Virus record (IMG/VR): IMGVR_UViG_3300047476_002354
Coordinates: 1 to 55,392 of that record
DNA from: a virus
Lineage: Duplodnaviria > Caudoviricetes
DNA length: 55,392 nt
Strand: one strand, 5' to 3'
In this document: one piece after another, positions 1 through 9,407 of the stretch
Numbering within the stretch: position 1 is the first letter of the stretch
Layout: every line of letters starts with the position of its first letter
Program-made: the position numbers and the translations under genes
Notes under the pieces: model-generated
The model's database searches: none
What the model was told of the DNA's origin: nothing
What the model saw: only the letters and a program-made list of their open reading frames with translations

Positions 1-18
1 CCTGATTAGGAAGTCAAA

Positions 19-2148
19 ATGGCAAATCAATACAATGAAGACTCAATCCAAATTCTGGAGAGTCAAGAAGCAGTGCGAACCCGTCCTGCTATGTACATTG
101 GAGATACTGGTAAAAAGGGTCTTCACCACCTTGTTTGGGAAATCTTAGACAACTCTGTTGATGAGCATATGGCTGGCCATTGTTCAAAGATTAATGTAAT
201 TGTTTCCGCAGACAACAAAACATTGACAGTAATTGACAATGGTCGTGGCATTCCAACAGCTGTTAAGCAAGAAGATCCTAAGAAAAGAAGCACTCTTGAA
301 ATTGTCCTTACTGAGCTTCACGCAGGTGGTAAGTTTGGCGATGACGGTTCTGGTTATGAAGCAGCAGGTGGTTTGCATGGTGTTGGCGCATCCTGTGTAA
401 ACTTTCTTTCTTTGAACCTTACTGCAGAAGTTAGCAGAGATAAAAAGCTATATCAATTAAACTTTGAAAGAGGCATTCCAGTCGGCTCAATTAAGGAGAT
501 TGGAACTTCTACAAATACTGGAACAAAGATTATATTTACCCCAGACTTCAATATCTTTGGTCAGTTTGCAGTAGAAGATGCTTTTCGTGAGCATTTGATT
601 GATAGCTTTGAAGTTGATGAAGTTTTTGCCGAGTGTTCTGGTAAATGGCGTAAAGCTTTAATTAATGGAGAAGTAAATGGCGCTATCTTTTTTGATATCT
701 TTAAAGCAACAAAGATTAGTGAACAATCTTTAGATGTCATTTACAGAATTTGGTACAAGCGCTCTAACGACAATATCCAATTTGATGAAAATGTACTACT
801 ACGTCGTCTTCGTGAAACTGCCTATCTTAATGGCGGTTTAAAAATTGTTTATGAAAATAAACACACAGGCAACAAAGAAGAATTTTATTTTGAAGGCGGT
901 ATTGCTGACTATGTTAGTTACCTTGCATCTTCAAGAACTGGTGTTTTTCCAACCAAGCCATTTTTCTTTGACAATAAAAGTGGAAAAGTTAATGTTCAAG
1001 TATCTTTCCAATATGGTGAAGAAGATGAAGAAACTATTCATACATATGCAAACAACATTAATACAGCAGATGGTGGTACACACTTAAGTGGGTTTAAAAC
1101 TTCCATTACCAGAGTTGTTAATCAATTCGCACGTTCTTCTGGAGTTTTAAAGGAAAAGGAACCAAATTTAACAGGTGAAGATATCCGAGAAGGAATTATT
1201 GCCATTATTTCTGTTCGCCTTCCTCAACCTCAATTCGAAGGTCAGACTAAGGGTAAGTTAGGCTCGCAAGAAGTTGAAGGTGTAGTTAACAGATTATTTT
1301 CTGAAGCAATCACCGAATACTTTGAAAAAAACCCTACAATCGTCAAGAATATTGCTGAAAGAGCACTTAGAGCTGCAAAGGCAAGAGCAGCAGCTAAACG
1401 TGCGTCAGAATCCATCAAAAGGCAGGGTTTTCTTGGGCGTTCTGGTTCTTTACCAGGAAAGCTTTCTGATTGTAACTCAGAAGATGCTACTTCTACAGAA
1501 CTTTACATTGTAGAAGGCGATTCTGCTGCTGGTTCTTGTAAGGGCGGGCGTGATCCTGAATTCCAAGCTGTTATGCCAATTCGTGGAAAGATTATCAACC
1601 CCGAAAAGAATGATTATGCCAAGTTGATGCAAAATGAAGAAGTGGCTGCAATCATTTCTGCTTTAGGCACTGGCATTCGTGATGATTTTAATATTGATGA
1701 TTTAAGATATGGAAAAATCATCATTATGACTGACGCTGATGATGATGGTGCACATATTGCTGCACTTTTAATGACATTCTTCTATAGATTTATGCGTCCG
1801 TTAATCACAGAAGGGCATCTCTTCTTAGCAAAACCACCACTATACCGTGTGATTGTTAAGAATCAAAGATTTTACATCCATACAAATGAAGAACTTGACT
1901 CCTATCGCAAGAAGTATGGTGATAAAATAGAAGTAACTCGTTTTAAAGGTCTAGGCGAAATGGATGCCGATGAACTTGGTGTTACAACAATGGAAATTGG
2001 AAAGCGACAGGTTATTCAAGTAACTGTCGATGATGCCGATGAAGCCTCAAGAATCTTGTCTGTATTGATGGGAAGCAATGTTGGGCCTCGTAAAGAGCAT
2101 ATTATTAACAAATCTGCCGGTCGTGCAGTGGAGATGAACAATGGGTAG
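19..2148 (+). CDS. gyrB: DNA gyrase subunit B (type IIA topoisomerase)
   Basis: GHKL ATPase motifs EILDNSVDE, DNGRGIP, GGLHGVGASCVN; PQFEGQTK; TOPRIM motifs VEGDSAAGS, PIRGKIIN, MTDADDDGAHI; RFKGLGEM. Overlaps gyrA by 8 nt. Confidence 0.97.
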   Translation: MANQYNEDSIQILESQEAVRTRPAMYIGDTGKKGLHHLVWEILDNSVDEHMAGHCSKINVIVSADNKTLTVIDNGRGIPTAVKQEDPKKRSTLEIVLTELHAGGKFGDDGSGYEAAGGLHGVGASCVNFLSLNLTAEVSRDKKLYQLNFERGIPVGSIKEIGTSTNTGTKIIFTPDFNIFGQFAVEDAFREHLIDSFEVDEVFAECSGKWRKALINGEVNGAIFFDIFKATKISEQSLDVIYRIWYKRSNDNIQFDENVLLRRLRETAYLNGGLKIVYENKHTGNKEEFYFEGGIADYVSYLASSRTGVFPTKPFFFDNKSGKVNVQVSFQYGEEDEETIHTYANNINTADGGTHLSGFKTSITRVVNQFARSSGVLKEKEPNLTGEDIREGIIAIISVRLPQPQFEGQTKGKLGSQEVEGVVNRLFSEAITEYFEKNPTIVKNIAERALRAAKARAAAKRASESIKRQGFLGRSGSLPGKLSDCNSEDATSTELYIVEGDSAAGSCKGGRDPEFQAVMPIRGKIINPEKNDYAKLMQNEEVAAIISALGTGIRDDFNIDDLRYGKIIIMTDADDDGAHIAALLMTFFYRFMRPLITEGHLFLAKPPLYRVIVKNQRFYIHTNEELDSYRKKYGDKIEVTRFKGLGEMDADELGVTTMEIGKRQVIQVTVDDADEASRILSVLMGSNVGPRKEHIINKSAGRAVEMNNG

Positions 2149-4660
2149 AAAACCTAAGAACGTAGAAGTTGAAACACTTTCAACAGCTGAAGATTACATT
2201 ATTCAAAAAGAGTTCATTGAGCTTATTGATGAGCGCTTTACGAATTATGCTTTTGCTGTGATGGAAGACCGTGCGCTTCCAGATGCTAGGGACGGTATGA
2301 AACCGTCCCAACGCAGAACTCTTGTTGCCATGAATGATCTTAACCTTCGTTCTGGAGGCAAGACTAAGAAGTGTGCAAAGATTTGTGGTGACGTATCGGG
2401 CAACTACCATCCTCACGGTGAAGCAGTTGTTTACCCAACACTTGTACGTATGGCACAAGATTGGTCATTAAGATATCCACTTATCACCCCTCAAGGTAAC
2501 TTTGGCTCTCCAGCTCCTGAAGATAAGCCAGCTGCTATGCGATATACAGAAGCTAAGTTTTCTGTTTTCGGTGACCAGATGATTTCTGAGCTTTCTGACC
2601 AAGTTGTGGACTATGTCTCAAACTACAACGATGAGTTAATGGAACCTACAGTACTTCCTTCATTACTGCCAAACCTTATCATTAATGGATGTTCTGGTAT
2701 TGCTGTTGGATGGGCAACAAATATGGCTCCTCACAATTTACGTGAGGTTGCAAACCTTATTGATGCTTATATTAAGAATCCAGAGATTACTGATGAAGAA
2801 GTAATTAACATTCTCCCGGGCCCTGATTTTCCTGTTCCTTGTAAAATCCTTGGCACTGAAGGTATTAAAAGCTACTTAACATCTGGTCGTGGAACGGTGC
2901 AAATTGAGGGCTACTACTCCATTGAACAAGAAAAGAGTGGCCAACAGTTCATTAAGGTTACTGCATTGCCTTATGGTGGTTCAGCTGAAGGTTTTTGTCG
3001 TGAAATTAAAGAGCTTGTTGAATCAAAAAGAGTAGAGGGTATCACCAACCTTAAAAACCTTACCAACAAGAAGGGTATGGACATTCGCATTTGGGTTGGA
3101 AAGAATGCTAACTCAAATGTTGTTTTAAATCTTATTTTAAAACACACGTCTTTACGCACCAACTTTTCTGTTAACTCCACTGTCTTAATGGATGGTAAAA
3201 AAGTTGTTGAAAACGTACCTGTTATCAAACTGGTAGAAGTTTTTGTCAACCATCGCAAAGAAGTGCTTACGAGGAAATTCAATGCGGAGCTTGCTAAAAA
3301 TAATCGAAGAACTCATATTTTGGAGGGCCTTATTGGAATTACCTCTAAAATTGATGCGGTTATCAAACTTATTCGGGAAGCTGATAATCGGGAAATTGCA
3401 CTCCAAGGACTGATTGACGGCGGGTTTGTCGTCTCACCTGAACAAGCAGATGCTGTTCTTAAGATTACCCTTGGTAACTTAACAAAGCTTGACACTCGTG
3501 CCATGAATGATGAGTTTGACAAGTTGACGAAGCGTAGTGAATGGTTGACTGACCAACTTGCTTCTGACAAGAAAATGCTCAAGCTTATATCCAAAGAACA
3601 GCTAGAGCTTGCTGAAAAGATTGGTGATGATAGACGTTGCGAGATTATTGAATCTGCTGGAACTCTTTCAGTTGAAGACTTAATCCCAGAAGAGAATATT
3701 ATTGTTTCTCTGACTAAGGATGGATATATCAAGAGAGTTCCAACCACAACATTCAAAGCTCAAAATCGTGGTGGAAAAGGTGTCATTGGCGTTAAGTCAC
3801 GAGAAGAAGACGAAGCAGCTGATATCTTCCCTGGTTCAACTCATGATCTTTTCTTGTTCTTTACTAATCAGGGCAACCTCTTAAAGAAAAAGGGACACGA
3901 AATTCCACTATCTTCAAGAACTTCAAAGGGAATGCACCTCGCTAATCTCTTGAATCTTAATCCAGATGAAAAAGTGTCTTCAACTATCACACTTAAAACT
4001 CTTGATTCTGATGGCTACTTCATTATGACGACAAAGAAGGGCTTAGTAAAGCGGAGCGAGATTCGTGATTACGACTCATCTTTGCGCAAGCGTGGTCTTA
4101 AAGCTATTACCCTTACAGATGGTGACGAATTAGCAGTTGTTCAAATTACAAATGGAAACCAAGATATCATGTTCGTTACTGGCGACGGAATGGCTGTACG
4201 TTATAACGAAGAAGTAGTTCGTTCTACAGGTAAAAATTCACAAGGCTGCAAGGCTATGCTTTTATCAGAGAATGATTCGATTGTAGCTATGATGTCTTTT
4301 AGCCCTGAAGAAAATCCTTCTGTATTAGTTATTACTGAGCAGGGATTTGGTAAGAAAACAGACACAGCTGATTATCGTTCTACTTCTGGAAGATATGTCA
4401 AGGGTCTTAAGACTATAAACCAAGTTAAAAAAGACCGTAATGGCAAAATAGTTGCTGCTGCTATAGTCCAAGATGATGATGACTTCATTACTTTAACATC
4501 TAAGGGAAAGATGATTCGTAATCGAGTAGCAGATATAAAGTCAAAGGGACGTTCAAACATGGGTATCACCTTGGTTTCCCTTGACAATGGTGACACAGTT
4601 CAAACTGTCAAGGTTGTTAAAACAGAACCTGAAGAGGAATATACAGAAGAAATGGACTAA
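2141..4660 (+). CDS. gyrA: DNA gyrase subunit A
   Basis: RALPDARDGMKPSQRR, YHPHG, catalytic AAMRYTE; GyrA-box QNRGGKG (3761-3781) followed by beta-pinwheel repeats; acidic C-terminal tail. The GyrA-box indicates gyrase rather than ParC. Confidence 0.97.
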   Translation: MGRKPKNVEVETLSTAEDYIIQKEFIELIDERFTNYAFAVMEDRALPDARDGMKPSQRRTLVAMNDLNLRSGGKTKKCAKICGDVSGNYHPHGEAVVYPTLVRMAQDWSLRYPLITPQGNFGSPAPEDKPAAMRYTEAKFSVFGDQMISELSDQVVDYVSNYNDELMEPTVLPSLLPNLIINGCSGIAVGWATNMAPHNLREVANLIDAYIKNPEITDEEVINILPGPDFPVPCKILGTEGIKSYLTSGRGTVQIEGYYSIEQEKSGQQFIKVTALPYGGSAEGFCREIKELVESKRVEGITNLKNLTNKKGMDIRIWVGKNANSNVVLNLILKHTSLRTNFSVNSTVLMDGKKVVENVPVIKLVEVFVNHRKEVLTRKFNAELAKNNRRTHILEGLIGITSKIDAVIKLIREADNREIALQGLIDGGFVVSPEQADAVLKITLGNLTKLDTRAMNDEFDKLTKRSEWLTDQLASDKKMLKLISKEQLELAEKIGDDRRCEIIESAGTLSVEDLIPEENIIVSLTKDGYIKRVPTTTFKAQNRGGKGVIGVKSREEDEAADIFPGSTHDLFLFFTNQGNLLKKKGHEIPLSSRTSKGMHLANLLNLNPDEKVSSTITLKTLDSDGYFIMTTKKGLVKRSEIRDYDSSLRKRGLKAITLTDGDELAVVQITNGNQDIMFVTGDGMAVRYNEEVVRSTGKNSQGCKAMLLSENDSIVAMMSFSPEENPSVLVITEQGFGKKTDTADYRSTSGRYVKGLKTINQVKKDRNGKIVAAAIVQDDDDFITLTSKGKMIRNRVADIKSKGRSNMGITLVSLDNGDTVQTVKVVKTEPEEEYTEEMD

Positions 4661-4691
4661 TATTAATATATCTTATTAAGGATATTTAAAT

Positions 4692-5096
4692 ATGGCAAAT
4701 GCACTTTACGATACTGGAAGAAATGCTTTTTTAAGAGGCGATTTAAGTTGGAACTCTAATACTTTCAAAGTAGTATTATTATCGAGTTCATATACACCTA
4801 ATCTTTCCACACATCAGTATTTATCAAGTATTTCAGCTGGTACTAGAGTGGCCACATCTTCTGCCTTAACAACATTATTACCAGGAGCCGGAGTTGCTGA
4901 TGCGAGTGACATTACATTCACATCAGTTTCCGGCTCTCAAGTCACTCAGTTTGTTGTTTATAGAGACACTGGAGTTGAATCCACATCTCAACTAGTAGCT
5001 TATTTTGATACAGCCATTAACCTACCTATTACCCCCAATGGCGGAGATATAACTTTAACTTGGTCAAATGATACTAATAGAATTTTTAAACTTTAG
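4692..5096 (+). CDS. Phage virion/tail-associated protein (MANALYD...TPNGGDITLTW family)
   Basis: N-terminus MANALYDTGRNAFL and C-terminus LPITPNGGDITLTW...IFKL match a small phage structural family I recognise from tail regions; AAGGA RBS upstream. Confidence 0.7.
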   Translation: MANALYDTGRNAFLRGDLSWNSNTFKVVLLSSSYTPNLSTHQYLSSISAGTRVATSSALTTLLPGAGVADASDITFTSVSGSQVTQFVVYRDTGVESTSQLVAYFDTAINLPITPNGGDITLTWSNDTNRIFKL

Positions 5097-5104
5097 GAGC
5101 AGAA

Positions 5105-5353
5105 ATGGATTATTCAACATACACAATAGAAGAACTTGCAGCTCTTAAAGATGAGAAAGAGCTATTATTTGAATCTGCAAAGCTTGAACTTAATGAAGTT
5201 GCTGATGCTTTAAGAGACAAACTTATAAACCAAGAGTTAGAAAACAAACTTTCTCAAATGTCACCTGAAGAAATCGAAATTCTCAGAAACATGATTCCTG
5301 TTCAAATGTCTATCCCCAGTATACAATCTGAAGAGGAAATGGGTAAGTTATAA
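5105..5353 (+). CDS. Small acidic coiled-coil hypothetical protein
   Basis: TAGGAG RBS; E/L/K-rich helical pattern; ends in SIQSEEEMGK, similar to the repeat unit of the next gene. Confidence 0.65.
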   Translation: MDYSTYTIEELAALKDEKELLFESAKLELNEVADALRDKLINQELENKLSQMSPEEIEILRNMIPVQMSIPSIQSEEEMGKL

Positions 5354-5364
5354 CCGCTTAAGAT

Positions 5365-6480
5365 ATGAGCGCTGATGACTTCAAAGCGCAAGCTACAAAC
5401 CAAAGTATTGGCGCTACATCAATACCATCTGAAGAGTCCTTTGGCACTGCAACTATAGCTTTAAGACAAAGGGTTACTTTATCATCTGGTATTACTTCAC
5501 TAGCTTCATTTCCAACCAATTCTAGCTTAGCATTTACCAGAGGATTTACAATTTCATCTGGAATAGCAACATCTGAAGCATTTCAAAACGACAATACATT
5601 TTTACAAAACAATTCATTAGATGTATTACCAATAGGCAAACTTTTGAGAGATTCAGAAATAGTCTCTCCTACAATTAATTCATCTATTGATATAGCTCTT
5701 GTGCCAATAGGTTCAGCAGAGTCATTACCCTCATCCTCTGTTGGAAATATTGCATATATATCATTCTCAGGAAATGGGATAAGTAGTGCAGAGCTTTTAG
5801 GAAATCACACATTTAACTCTATATCTTATATAGAGCAAATTTCATCAATAAACTCACAGATATATTTAAGTACAAACAACATTGTATCTTTAGAAAATAG
5901 TATATATCCTACTTCCATAGGAACATCACAAGTTTTACAAAATGATAACTATTTTGGCAGCTTAGTAGGTATTGTTTTAACTACGGGAATACCATCAGGT
6001 TTTTCATCGCCAATCAATTCCACTATAGAACCGATAGGCTCATTACAAAATATATTGCTTGGTAGCGGAATAGCTTCTAAAGAATTATTTGGAAGAAGAT
6101 TAACGTTTTTTCCTCCTCCGCCTTCATACCTTAGAAATGGTTTTATCTATGGATACACGGTAGTAGTAAATAACATTTTTGTCACTTTAGAAAGGCAAAA
6201 TCTTTTAGATACTATAACCAGAATTCCAAAAAAGATAGAAAACTTACAATCAAAGTCTGAAAGTATTAACGGCTTTATCGAATCAAAAAATACATTATTT
6301 TCTAATATAGATACAGTTTATAGTATTGAAGTAGAAATAGCTCAAGAGCAAACAGTTATCGCAAGACAAACAAAGTACTATTTAGAAAGTTATATTAAGC
6401 AAAAGAATAAAATTACTAGCAATATATATGTCGATGAGAATAACAATTTCTATGGTGTTAGGAAAGGAAGAATAACCTAA
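5365..6480 (+). CDS. Ser/Ile-rich repeat protein, probable virion fibre/decoration protein
   Basis: Recurring ~21-aa unit with core [GS]I-x-S-x-E-x-[FL]-G (SIPSEESFGT, GIATSEAFQN, PIGSAESLPS, GISSAELLGN, GIASKELFGR). Confidence 0.6.
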   Translation: MSADDFKAQATNQSIGATSIPSEESFGTATIALRQRVTLSSGITSLASFPTNSSLAFTRGFTISSGIATSEAFQNDNTFLQNNSLDVLPIGKLLRDSEIVSPTINSSIDIALVPIGSAESLPSSSVGNIAYISFSGNGISSAELLGNHTFNSISYIEQISSINSQIYLSTNNIVSLENSIYPTSIGTSQVLQNDNYFGSLVGIVLTTGIPSGFSSPINSTIEPIGSLQNILLGSGIASKELFGRRLTFFPPPPSYLRNGFIYGYTVVVNNIFVTLERQNLLDTITRIPKKIENLQSKSESINGFIESKNTLFSNIDTVYSIEVEIAQEQTVIARQTKYYLESYIKQKNKITSNIYVDENNNFYGVRKGRIT

Positions 6481-6494
6481 CAAGGATTAATAAA

Positions 6495-6806
6495 ATGCCG
6501 CAAAATCCAATTTACACAAACTCTACAATAAAAATTTATGCAAAGATTAAAGATGAGGATGGGAATTATGTCGATCCTACAGGTCTTGATTTTTACATTA
6601 CTGGGCCTGGTGCTGGCGCTACTACAATTAATTACACCTATGGAGATGGAATTGTCTTAAAGTCTGGTGTTGGAACAACTGGAATTTATTATGTTGAATA
6701 TTTACCAACAACATCTGGAAGATACAAGTACACATGGGAAGCGTCAGGAACGATTCAGGCTGCATTTAAAAGTTTCTTTGAAGTTGACGACTCTAGGTGG
6801 AGCTAA
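6495..6806 (+). CDS. Small Ig-like/beta-sandwich virion protein
   Basis: Pattern D-x-DG-x-x-VDP...GIYY...SGRYKYTW typical of small phage Ig-like structural proteins; AAGGA RBS. Confidence 0.55.
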   Translation: MPQNPIYTNSTIKIYAKIKDEDGNYVDPTGLDFYITGPGAGATTINYTYGDGIVLKSGVGTTGIYYVEYLPTTSGRYKYTWEASGTIQAAFKSFFEVDDSRWS

Positions 6807-7753
6807 TGAGCTTTCCTGGTTCACTTACTAGATTACAATTTGCAACTGGTTTATTAATCAGAAGCGTAAAAGTAAATGGAGATTACTTACTTGTAGATAA
6901 TTGTACTATTAATCAATTTCAAGAAATTGACATGAATAAACTTTACATACAAGGCGGACCAGGAACGGCTATAGCTAACATTGGTGCTAAAAAATTTACG
7001 GGAGAGTTAAGTTTTCCAATAAGAGTAGATAGAGATAACAATTTGGAGCCAGCTGTAAAAACAATTCTTCAACATGCTGAAAATCCAATGTATGCCCTAA
7101 CACTTGACACTAATCATGTGCTTTCTTACCTTGATTTGACAGCTGAAAATGGTGGTACTGATAATAACGAACTACTGTCTTTAGACCAAATGGTGTTAAA
7201 AAGTTTATCAATCACTTGTTCTTCAGATGATGATATAAAAGTTTCTGCTTCTTTTGAGGGAATGATCGACGTTAGAAGCAGCTCGGATTATGCTGTACCT
7301 GATGAAAATCATGTTATGGGTAGGTCTTTAAACTGGGGAGACTGTGACGCAAGCAGATACCAATCTACAATGAGAAGTGTTTCTAATTTCACTTTGCAAA
7401 TAAACAATGAAATAGAAACCCCTTCCTTTTTGATTCCATATTCTGCTACAGGGTCTACAAGAAGTGATCAAATAAGCTTTATAGGTGTTAAAGAGGTTAA
7501 ATGGTCTGGCGAAATGTCAGAATTTATAAGGGTTGGTGCAGAACTTGATACACACATTCATGGTGGGTGGATGGTAAACGAAAATTTACAATTTAATCTA
7601 GGCCCTATAACTGCAACATATAATGTTCCGCTATTTCAATTCGCTGAATTGCCCTTAACTTCAAAGATTTTAACAAGAAAAACAAAATGGAATGCGATGA
7701 TAGGCCCTGCGCAGCCAATGAAACTAGGAGGTCTTTTCACATTTCAAGAATAA
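6806..7753 (+). CDS. Tail-tube-like structural protein (paralogue of 7830..8852)
   Basis: More likely starts at ATG 6806 (TAATG overlap with the upstream stop, AGGTGGAG upstream) than at GTG 6797. Beta-rich; YIQGGPGTAIANIGAKKFTGELSFPI aligns with YVQGSPKARVLNIGGTKESISITAPI in the next gene. Confidence 0.5.
   Translation: MSFPGSLTRLQFATGLLIRSVKVNGDYLLVDNCTINQFQEIDMNKLYIQGGPGTAIANIGAKKFTGELSFPIRVDRDNNLEPAVKTILQHAENPMYALTLDTNHVLSYLDLTAENGGTDNNELLSLDQMVLKSLSITCSSDDDIKVSASFEGMIDVRSSSDYAVPDENHVMGRSLNWGDCDASRYQSTMRSVSNFTLQINNEIETPSFLIPYSATGSTRSDQISFIGVKEVKWSGEMSEFIRVGAELDTHIHGGWMVNENLQFNLGPITATYNVPLFQFAELPLTSKILTRKTKWNAMIGPAQPMKLGGLFTFQE
7726..7752 (+). promoter_or_regulatory. Putative phage promoter AGG-N18-AGAATA upstream of the major tube-like gene
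   Basis: AGG 7726-7728, 18-nt spacer, AGAATA 7747-7752; the same architecture recurs at four other gene starts. Confidence 0.5.
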
Positions 7754-7829
7754 AAAGACAATATTACTAAAATGTAATAAAGGAAAAATTTGCATCTTAA
7801 AAGTTTAAATTGGTAAAGGGAGATTTATT

Positions 7830-8852
7830 ATGCCTCTTAATAATAATCTATTCGGTGTTTATAAGTCACTTAAGGTTAGTGGTGTAACTTATGTTGCTGA
7901 GTCTGCAACCAGAAAGGTTGAGATGGAAGTAGACGCAAAGAACTATGTACAAGGTTCACCAAAGGCTCGTGTTCTTAACATCGGTGGTACAAAAGAATCT
8001 ATTTCCATCACCGCTCCTATCCTTGTTGGTGGTGGACAAAGTGTCGATGGAAGATCATTAGCTAACACCAAGATTTCTGAAATCTTGGACCCAAACAATG
8101 CTAGACTTCCAGTTCTTGAATCTGCTACTTACAAAGTTAGCCCAGAAGGCGCTAGTGTAACTATCAACCTCAAGTCTGATGGTGATCCAGGAAGCAATAC
8201 TGACGCATCTGCAAGACCATTTGAAGTATCTGGTAGAGAAATCGAAGAGCTTAAGCCTAATAGTGCTGGCGGTCCTTCAAGAGTTGCTCGTTTCTACGAC
8301 TTCAGAGTACAAATTGGTAACAGAAAATACTTCATCATGGAAGCAACCCTCAACGTTAATTCTTCCGTTACCGAAGCTTACTTCTTAGTTCCTAACGACC
8401 CAGCTATTACAGACTCTGTAACCCAAGCTCGTATCACCCAAAGTATTGGTGGTAACATTGCTGCTGGTTACCAATTCCCATTCCTTGGTATCTCTGGTAT
8501 CAAGATCAGTGGACAAGGCAAGGCTGCTGTTGTTCTTAAGGATGTACCTGGTACTGCTAACTACGGCGACTACTACTTCTTCGATTACGATACAGAAGGT
8601 GGTACATTTGACGAGTCCCTCAACCTTGGTCTTGGTAAGGGACAATCTGACCTTACATTCCAAAGACCAGGTGTTGCAGTTTACGAAGCTCAAACATTTA
8701 TGCTTGAGATTTACGACCCTGTAGCTGCTGCATGGACAAACCTTCTTCCTGCTTCAATTGACTTGTCAAAGACAGTTGTTAACTCCTCAAACTTCTCAGT
8801 TACCACAGGTGTTCTTACTGTTGACTTTGACTTCTTCTGCTGGGTTCAATAA
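7830..8852 (+). CDS. Probable major tail tube / highly expressed structural protein
   Basis: Strong RBS AAAGGGAG; visibly more TTC/AAC/TAC/ATC codons than neighbouring genes; followed by a terminator; beta-rich; paralogue of the upstream gene. Confidence 0.55.
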   Translation: MPLNNNLFGVYKSLKVSGVTYVAESATRKVEMEVDAKNYVQGSPKARVLNIGGTKESISITAPILVGGGQSVDGRSLANTKISEILDPNNARLPVLESATYKVSPEGASVTINLKSDGDPGSNTDASARPFEVSGREIEELKPNSAGGPSRVARFYDFRVQIGNRKYFIMEATLNVNSSVTEAYFLVPNDPAITDSVTQARITQSIGGNIAAGYQFPFLGISGIKISGQGKAAVVLKDVPGTANYGDYYFFDYDTEGGTFDESLNLGLGKGQSDLTFQRPGVAVYEAQTFMLEIYDPVAAAWTNLLPASIDLSKTVVNSSNFSVTTGVLTVDFDFFCWVQ

Positions 8853-8873
8853 TCTAGTAGCAGAAATGCTTAT

Positions 8874-8905
8874 AAAAAAAGCCTCCCATTTGGGAGGCTT
8901 TTTTT
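8874..8905. terminator. Bidirectional rho-independent terminator
   Basis: A7-GCCTCCC-ATTT-GGGAGGC-T7 between convergent genes. Confidence 0.93.
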
Positions 8906-9407
8906 ATTCATTAGACCAATCAACAATAAACTCATCATATTGCCAGTCATCAAAAGAATCTATTTTATCCCAAGCATTTTTAACTACATACAGTTGAGAT
9001 TTATTCATTAAAGACAAAATTAATGCATCTATCAAAGAACAAATAGAATAAAATCTTCTATGTTTATTATCTACAAAATGAATTGAAGCATATAAAATAT
9101 CGCCAACTTTTGATTCAAGATATATAGATTCAATTTTAGTATTCTGATCTGTAATAAACTTAAAAAAAAGTTGATGTATTGTATTTATATGCGAGCTTTT
9201 GTGCAAGCCTTTAAATACAAAAGATAACATACTACCCTCATAAGAATTTAAAGGAATAGCTATATCTTTATCATCCCCAGCAATAAGAGCAAATGTATGA
9301 TTATCTGGGCTTATCAAAATATGCTCAAGCTTTACTGGGATAAGTTCTAAGTTATCAATATTATTGAGCTTCGAAACTTTAATTTTTTTAATAGGCAAAT
9401 TGTCCAT
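8904..9407 (-). CDS. Bifunctional nuclease (DUF151/DNase-RNase)-like protein, divergent
   Basis: Pattern IAIPLNSYEG...TIHQLF...IESIYLESKVGDILYASIHF...IDALILSL...LYV parallels the DUF151 consensus (LPIxIGxxEA...THDL...V.I.....G.FYA.L...RPSDAIALA...PIYV). Confidence 0.65.
   Translation of the reverse strand: MDNLPIKKIKVSKLNNIDNLELIPVKLEHILISPDNHTFALIAGDDKDIAIPLNSYEGSMLSFVFKGLHKSSHINTIHQLFFKFITDQNTKIESIYLESKVGDILYASIHFVDNKHRRFYSICSLIDALILSLMNKSQLYVVKNAWDKIDSFDDWQYDEFIVDWSNE

Noticed and set aside
6797-6805. GTG start of the 318-aa ORF
   Set aside because: The GTG lies within the likely RBS; ATG 6806 with TAATG coupling is more plausible.
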